Source: Candidatus Altiarchaeota archaeon | GTDB taxonomy: Archaea; Altiarchaeota; Altiarchaeia; IMC4; SCGC-AAA252-I15 | Direction: 5' to 3' | Length of the DNA: 59,355 nt | NCBI GenBank assembly: GCA_041306075.1 | Contig: JBFYKH010000079.1 | Coordinates: 1 to 59,355 of the forward strand | Shown here: one piece after another, positions 54,799 through 59,355 of the stretch | How positions within the stretch are numbered: the stretch's first letter is position 1 | Layout: every line of letters begins with the position of its first letter | The notes under the pieces: generated by a model | What the model saw: the letters and a program-made list of their open reading frames with translations, nothing else | The model's database searches: none | What the model was told of the DNA's origin: nothing | Program-made: the position numbers and the translations under genes

Positions 54799-57700
54799 TT
54801 ATCTCGTGCACGGGCTTTCCTGGACCATGTGGGTGCCGTTCCAGTACATGCAGGCGTCGCAGGCCGAGCCGAAGCACATCACCTTGGTGTCGGGGACGAC
54901 GACGCGGGTCGCATTCACGACCAACGTCGCATTCTGGCCGAAACCGACCTGGAAACTATCGGTTGTCGGATTAACGAAGTCCCTGCCGAATGCGAAGACG
55001 TATTGTGTAGCGTTCGCCGTTGCTGTGCCGGCCTGGATGTTGTATCCTGCCGCCAAACTGTAGTTACCTGTGACATTGACGCGGTAGCCAGCCGCTGTCG
55101 AGCCACGTCCACTGACCATGTTGTTCGAGCCGCCGAGTACGACGGAGTTTTCATTGGTTATGGAGTTGTATGCGCCGCCTATGACGGCGGAGTTCGCCCG
55201 CTCCACTAGGTTGTGTTCACCGCCCAGGATTGCCGCTGATTGTCCGTTCACGGCGTTGTTTGCTCCGCCAAGAACAACCCCAAAGGTATTATCGACAACA
55301 TTCAATCCCATTACATTGCCGCCAAGGCATGCAGACTCTTGGCCGCTGGCTATGCAACTGCCTGCGGCGAATGCCCTGCTATTCGTGGCTTGAGACCCGC
55401 CGATAGCCACTGAGCCGAGCGAGTCATTATATACGAAGTTTTCGCTTGTCATGTATCCGCCGAACACTACGTCCCCCGAGTCTACTATGAGGGCTGAGGG
55501 CGAGCCGTATAGTACCAAGCGCGTGCCCGTGACGGTCAGGTTCCCTGTCACGTTCACATTGCCTTTGTTGATGCTGATGTTGCTTGATATGCTGCCGCTC
55601 TCGTTAACCCAGTAAGGCCTCACTACACTCTCAACAGACGCTATCCTACTCTCCTGGACGCTCGCATTAGTCCACAGGGCTGAGACGTTGCCTTGGAGGG
55701 CGGTGATGTTGACGACGGCCGCCGAAACGTTCCCGCGCAGCCCGGTGACGTTGCTAACGACCTCGCTGACGTTGCCGCGCAACGCTGTCACGTTAACCAC
55801 GGTCGAACTCAAATTACCCCACAACTGAGTTATATTGTTCGCGTTGGCTGGGCCCGCACCCTCCAACGCGATGATGCGAGTGTCCTGGTTCGAAGCGTTA
55901 CTCCACAAACCAGTGACGTTACCCTGCAACGCAGAAACATTCACCACAGCCAAGGAAACGTTATCGCGCAATGCAGTAACATTAGTCACTGCCGAGCTGA
56001 GATTGCCCCACAACTGGGTGATGTTATTCGCGTTCGCCAAGCCGCCCACCAGGTTCAGGCAGTTGCCGGCCCCGTCGCAGACGATGCCGGTCGCGTTAAT
56101 GTCGCCGCCAGCGTATACGTCTTCTGTGACGTTCGCTGTGCCGTTGACGTGCAGCCGCTCTGAGGGCGTGTACGTGTTGATGCCTACGTAACCATCGGCT
56201 GATATCCTCATCCGCTCCGTCCTGTCGTTATAGGTATGTCCGAGGCCGGTGGTCTCGAACTGTATGTTCGTCCCCTGGTGAGTGGAGTTGAAGTCCTCCT
56301 CTGTTTGGAGGGTTATTAGCGCATTACTCATCGCCGAGAACGCAGTGCCATGATAGCCCCGCCCGGCCAACGCCAGGAGGTTCTCCCCCGCCGTCACAGC
56401 GGTCGGAGAGGTTGAAGTGCCCCTGGCCTTCCTGCCGACGATGCCGGACTGGTAGGCTTGGAGCGCCGGACTGTATGTGGTTGAGTATATGAGGCCGTCG
56501 CGGGCGTTAGCCTGCACCTCCAGGAAGCTCGCCGGATTAGACGTCCCCACACCCAGCCGGCCGGTGACTGTCAGGTTCCCGGTGACATTCACGTTCCCGC
56601 TGTCGATGCTGGCGTTGGTCGTTATCCTGCCGCCCTGGTCAAGCCAGAACGGGACATATCCCCCACCCCCGGGCTGGATGCAGTATCCCGTGCCGTCGCA
56701 GACCCGACCGGTGGCGTTCACGTCTCCGATGACCCTTACCAGGTTGTCGGTCACGTTCAACGTCGCGTCTCCGAAGCCGACCTGGAAGCTGTTGGCAGTA
56801 GGATTCGTGAAGTTCCGGCCAAACGCGAAACTGCTTGCTCCAGGGCCGGCTAGGATGTTTAAGCCCGCTGCCATCGCGTAGTTGCTTGTCACATTTGCCA
56901 TGTAGCCGAAGGCCTGGCTGTAGTTGCCGGGGGCCTGGTTATCGTAACCGATTATTACTGATGAGATTCCATCGACGCGGTGGGTATTGATGGTTGAGCC
57001 TAGGCCTGCGCCGAAAGAACCCTTCCCGTAAGCCTGAGTCCATTCACCAAACGCCTGGGAATAGTCCCCATAGGCCTTAGCCCCTTTACCTACAGCTAAT
57101 GACGCCTCGCCGCTGGCATAAGTGAGGTCTATCCCGTTTGCGAGACCTATGGCAGCCGCATAGTTACCGAATGCGACTGCGCCGGAACCGACTGCCAGCG
57201 AGCCGATTCCGCTGCTTCCGGGTGACCCCCATCTTGGGTCGCCGACTGCAAGGGAGTAGTTGCCGGAAGCCTGGCCGCCGCCAAAAGCGACTGCAGCATA
57301 CCCAGACGCCTCGCCGCCACCAAAAGCGAAGGTATTGCCGCCAGTCGCCGAGGAGCCAACCCCAACAATGTTTCCAGCGACTGTCAGGTTCCCTGTGACG
57401 TTCACGTTGCCTTTGTTAATGGAGGCGTTCGAGCTGATGCTGCCGCTCTGGTTTATCCAGTAGGGCCTGTTGGCGGCTTCGAGGCCGATTATCCGGGCGT
57501 CCTGGTTGGATGCGTTCGTCCAGAGGCCGGTGACGTTGCCCTGTAGGGCAGTGATGTTCACAATCGCCGAGGAGACATTGCCACGCAACCCGGTGATGTT
57601 GTTGACAACCTCGCTGACGTTGCCGCGCAACGCCGTCACGTTCACCACGGTCGAACTCACATTACCCCACAACTGGGTGATGTTATTCGCGTTCGCCAAG

Positions 57701-58776
57701 CCGCCCACCAGGTTCAGGCAGTTGCCAGCGCCATCGCAGACGACGCCCGTCGCATTCACGTCTCCGACGACTCGGACTAGGTTGTCGGTCACATTAAGGG
57801 TTATGTCGCCGAAGCCGACGGCGAAACTGTTCGCTGTCGGGTTCGTGAGGTCGCGGCCGAATGCCTGTGAGTTTAGTCCTTGTGCGAGTATGTTGGCACC
57901 TATCGCTATCGAGTAGTTTCCTGTGGCGTTGGCGAGGTATCCCAATGCGACGCTGCTGTAGGCCGTGGAGAATGCCGAGTATCCTATGGCGACCGAGGAT
58001 GTATTGCCGGCGTATGTGCTGATTCCGAGGGCTAGGGCGTAGGGACCTGCCGCCGTACCACCTTGGGCTGCGAGGGACAGCGTTCCTAGGGCGTCTCCGT
58101 TGCCGAGGGCCGTGGCGGCGTATCCGGTGGCGTTGGCGTTGTCGCCGACGCTGAAGCTGGCGTTAGTGTGGTCCCAGACTAGGAGCCTGGTCGTCGGGAG
58201 ATAGCCCATCCCAGTGGATGTGAGGCCGGATACCGCGTAGGAGTTGCCGCTGAGTCTGCAGGTTATAGAGCTCTTCGTCGTAGCCTGAGCGCACTCCTGC
58301 CGGGTGAATGATAGGACGCCAGCGCATCCCTGGTTGACCTGGCCAATGGACGACGCTGTTGGACAGACATAGACTCCCGCACCATCAGTCACTGGCAAGA
58401 GTAGGGTGTGCGTTGCCGAGACATCTATGACCCCCCCGAAGCTGAAGAATATTTGGCTGCCAGTGTAGTTCAATGCCACAGGGGTTAGGTCAGGCGAACC
58501 GGTTATGGTGAACCCGACTAGCCTCGTCGAGCCTGACGCCCCCTTAAAGTAGTATGTTTCAGCCGGGTCCACCGACGCATCGGAGGTGAGTTGGTTGTCG
58601 GAGGAGTCGTATAAGCCTATGCCGTTCGGAAGGGAGGTGAATGTGACGGTTTGCCCTGCTGAGGCGGATACGTTAGGAGACGCTGCCAGGAGGACTAGGG
58701 CCAACGCTATGCTGAGCCGGGCCTGGAGGCCCGGGGACGCCTTACCCGCCGTTTTCCCGACTAACATTTCACGCAT
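54799..58776 (-). CDS. Large secreted trimeric-fibre/adhesin-like protein (YadA-head-like repeats, coiled-coil stalks)
   Basis: Signal peptide; 14-aa AxG repeats (ALALG...SVAIG...SVALG...SIAIG); three heptad stalks; GVGTxxP motifs; internal repeats. Confidence 0.75.
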   Translation of the reverse strand: MREMLVGKTAGKASPGLQARLSIALALVLLAASPNVSASAGQTVTFTSLPNGIGLYDSSDNQLTSDASVDPAETYYFKGASGSTRLVGFTITGSPDLTPVALNYTGSQIFFSFGGVIDVSATHTLLLPVTDGAGVYVCPTASSIGQVNQGCAGVLSFTRQECAQATTKSSITCRLSGNSYAVSGLTSTGMGYLPTTRLLVWDHTNASFSVGDNANATGYAATALGNGDALGTLSLAAQGGTAAGPYALALGISTYAGNTSSVAIGYSAFSTAYSSVALGYLANATGNYSIAIGANILAQGLNSQAFGRDLTNPTANSFAVGFGDITLNVTDNLVRVVGDVNATGVVCDGAGNCLNLVGGLANANNITQLWGNVSSTVVNVTALRGNVSEVVNNITGLRGNVSSAIVNITALQGNVTGLWTNASNQDARIIGLEAANRPYWINQSGSISSNASINKGNVNVTGNLTVAGNIVGVGSSATGGNTFAFGGGEASGYAAVAFGGGQASGNYSLAVGDPRWGSPGSSGIGSLAVGSGAVAFGNYAAAIGLANGIDLTYASGEASLAVGKGAKAYGDYSQAFGEWTQAYGKGSFGAGLGSTINTHRVDGISSVIIGYDNQAPGNYSQAFGYMANVTSNYAMAAGLNILAGPGASSFAFGRNFTNPTANSFQVGFGDATLNVTDNLVRVIGDVNATGRVCDGTGYCIQPGGGGYVPFWLDQGGRITTNASIDSGNVNVTGNLTVTGRLGVGTSNPASFLEVQANARDGLIYSTTYSPALQAYQSGIVGRKARGTSTSPTAVTAGENLLALAGRGYHGTAFSAMSNALITLQTEEDFNSTHQGTNIQFETTGLGHTYNDRTERMRISADGYVGINTYTPSERLHVNGTANVTEDVYAGGDINATGIVCDGAGNCLNLVGGLANANNITQLWGNLSSAVTNVTALRDNVSLAVVNVSALQGNVTGLWSNASNQDTRIIALEGAGPANANNITQLWGNLSSTVVNVTALRGNVSEVVSNVTGLRGNVSAAVVNITALQGNVSALWTNASVQESRIASVESVVRPYWVNESGSISSNISINKGNVNVTGNLTVTGTRLVLYGSPSALIVDSGDVVFGGYMTSENFVYNDSLGSVAIGGSQATNSRAFAAGSCIASGQESACLGGNVMGLNVVDNTFGVVLGGANNAVNGQSAAILGGEHNLVERANSAVIGGAYNSITNENSVVLGGSNNMVSGRGSTAAGYRVNVTGNYSLAAGYNIQAGTATANATQYVFAFGRDFVNPTTDSFQVGFGQNATLVVNATRVVVPDTKVMCFGSACDACMYWNGTHMVQESPCTR
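56006..57726. repeat. 62-bp identical direct repeat within the fibre gene
   Basis: 56006-56067 identical to 57665-57726 (encodes GNCLNLVGGLANANNITQLWG). Confidence 0.9.
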
Positions 58777-59123
58777 CTTATTTTATGCATTGAAGCTTAA
58801 GGCTTGTATCTCGCCACCTCCTGGCCGTTGACGTACATCGACAGCCAGCCGGCCGTCGAGTTGAACATCATGTATGAGTCGCCGGAGGGGCCTTCGAACC
58901 CTACCTTCGAGTCCTGCCGGACTGTTGCGTCTCCGCCTGACACGTCCAAGCGTCCGGTCACGTTCACGTTTCCGCTTCGGATGCTGACGTTGCTTGCGAT
59001 TGCGCTGCCGTCGTCGACCCAGTAGGGTCTGTTGGCGGCTTCGAGGCCGATTATCCTGGCGTCCTGGTTCGATGCGTTAGTCCACAGGCCGGTGACGTTG
59101 TCTTGGAGGGCGGTTATGTTCAC
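57457..59123. repeat. ~105-bp near-identical module shared by the two fibre genes
   Basis: ~57457-57561 vs ~59019-59123, both encoding NITALQxNVTGLWTNASNQDARIIGLEAANRPYW. Confidence 0.85.
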
Positions 59124-59354
59124 AACAGCTGCCGAGACATTACCCTGGAGGGCTGTGATATTCACGACCATCGAGGAGACGTTGCTGCGCAAAGCAGTCA
59201 TATTAATGACCGTCGAGCTCACGTTGCCCCAAAGCTGGGTGATATTATTGCCCGAGGACGGCGAACCATAGACCTCCAGGGAGGTAATGCGCTGGTCGAC
59301 ATTGCTCGCATTAATCCACAAGTTAGTTATGTGCAGCTGCTGATTCGACGCATT
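58797..59354 (-). CDS. 3' part of a second fibre-like paralog (5' end outside window)
   Basis: Frame open to the window edge (NASNQQLHITNLWINAS...); same heptad stalk and YW...GNVNVTG module as 54799-58776. Confidence 0.75.
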   Translation of the reverse strand, partial: NASNQQLHITNLWINASNVDQRITSLEVYGSPSSGNNITQLWGNVSSTVINMTALRSNVSSMVVNITALQGNVSAAVVNITALQDNVTGLWTNASNQDARIIGLEAANRPYWVDDGSAIASNVSIRSGNVNVTGRLDVSGGDATVRQDSKVGFEGPSGDSYMMFNSTAGWLSMYVNGQEVARYKP

Positions 59355-59355
59355 A

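Noticed and set aside
122-59271. Numerous overlapping or antisense ORFs in the track (e.g. 122-667, 830-1639, 7230-8204, 10526-12019, 13290-14369, 31075-31893, 40885-42153)
   Set aside because: Shadow frames typical of high-GC DNA; Arg/Pro/Gly-rich, no motifs, and they overlap well-supported genes.
1-59355. CRISPR array, tRNA, rRNA, inteins, transposases
   Set aside because: No regularly spaced repeats or cloverleaf/rRNA signatures were seen by eye; RtcB, Cdc6, GlmS and FEN1 have intein-free lengths; no transposase or integrase motifs were found.

Overview
A 59-kb stretch of a high-GC archaeal chromosome. The evidence for archaeal origin is GGR, an Ehb-type hydrogenase, Cdc6/Orc1 x2, NAC, L7Ae/S28e/L24e/S19e, FEN1, Taw3 and aroB' type II. 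The gene set and the ATA/AGG codon habits suggest a free-living anaerobe, possibly Altiarchaeota-like, but this is inference only. Positions 1-50,900 are mostly housekeeping: ferredoxin-GGR followed by a contiguous Ehb [NiFe]-hydrogenase operon, a CBS-DUF835/Cdc6/SepF/KaiC block, dapA, glmS, a ribosomal-protein cluster, gltX, rtcB, fen and hps-rraA. A few orphans and a glycosylation block are interspersed. Positions 51,200-59,355 are a cell-surface region with a YIDPG peptide, a sulfatase-family protein, a phosphodiesterase-family protein and two tandem trimeric-fibre-like genes. Top findings: (1) Two unrelated housekeeping genes (glmS and DHQ synthase II) are each followed, after a 38-nt spacer, by a synonymously recoded copy of their own last 10-12 codons. 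Both copies end in the same AATAGGCG, which suggests a gene-tail replacement or integration system. (2) A 904-aa GHKL-ATPase/TM/HExxH-protease orphan plus a non-canonical kinase-fold gene sit directly after one of these scars. (3) YadA-like fibre proteins have coiled-coil stalks that carry an N-glycosylation sequon in every heptad. I found no tRNA, rRNA, CRISPR array, integrase or transposase.
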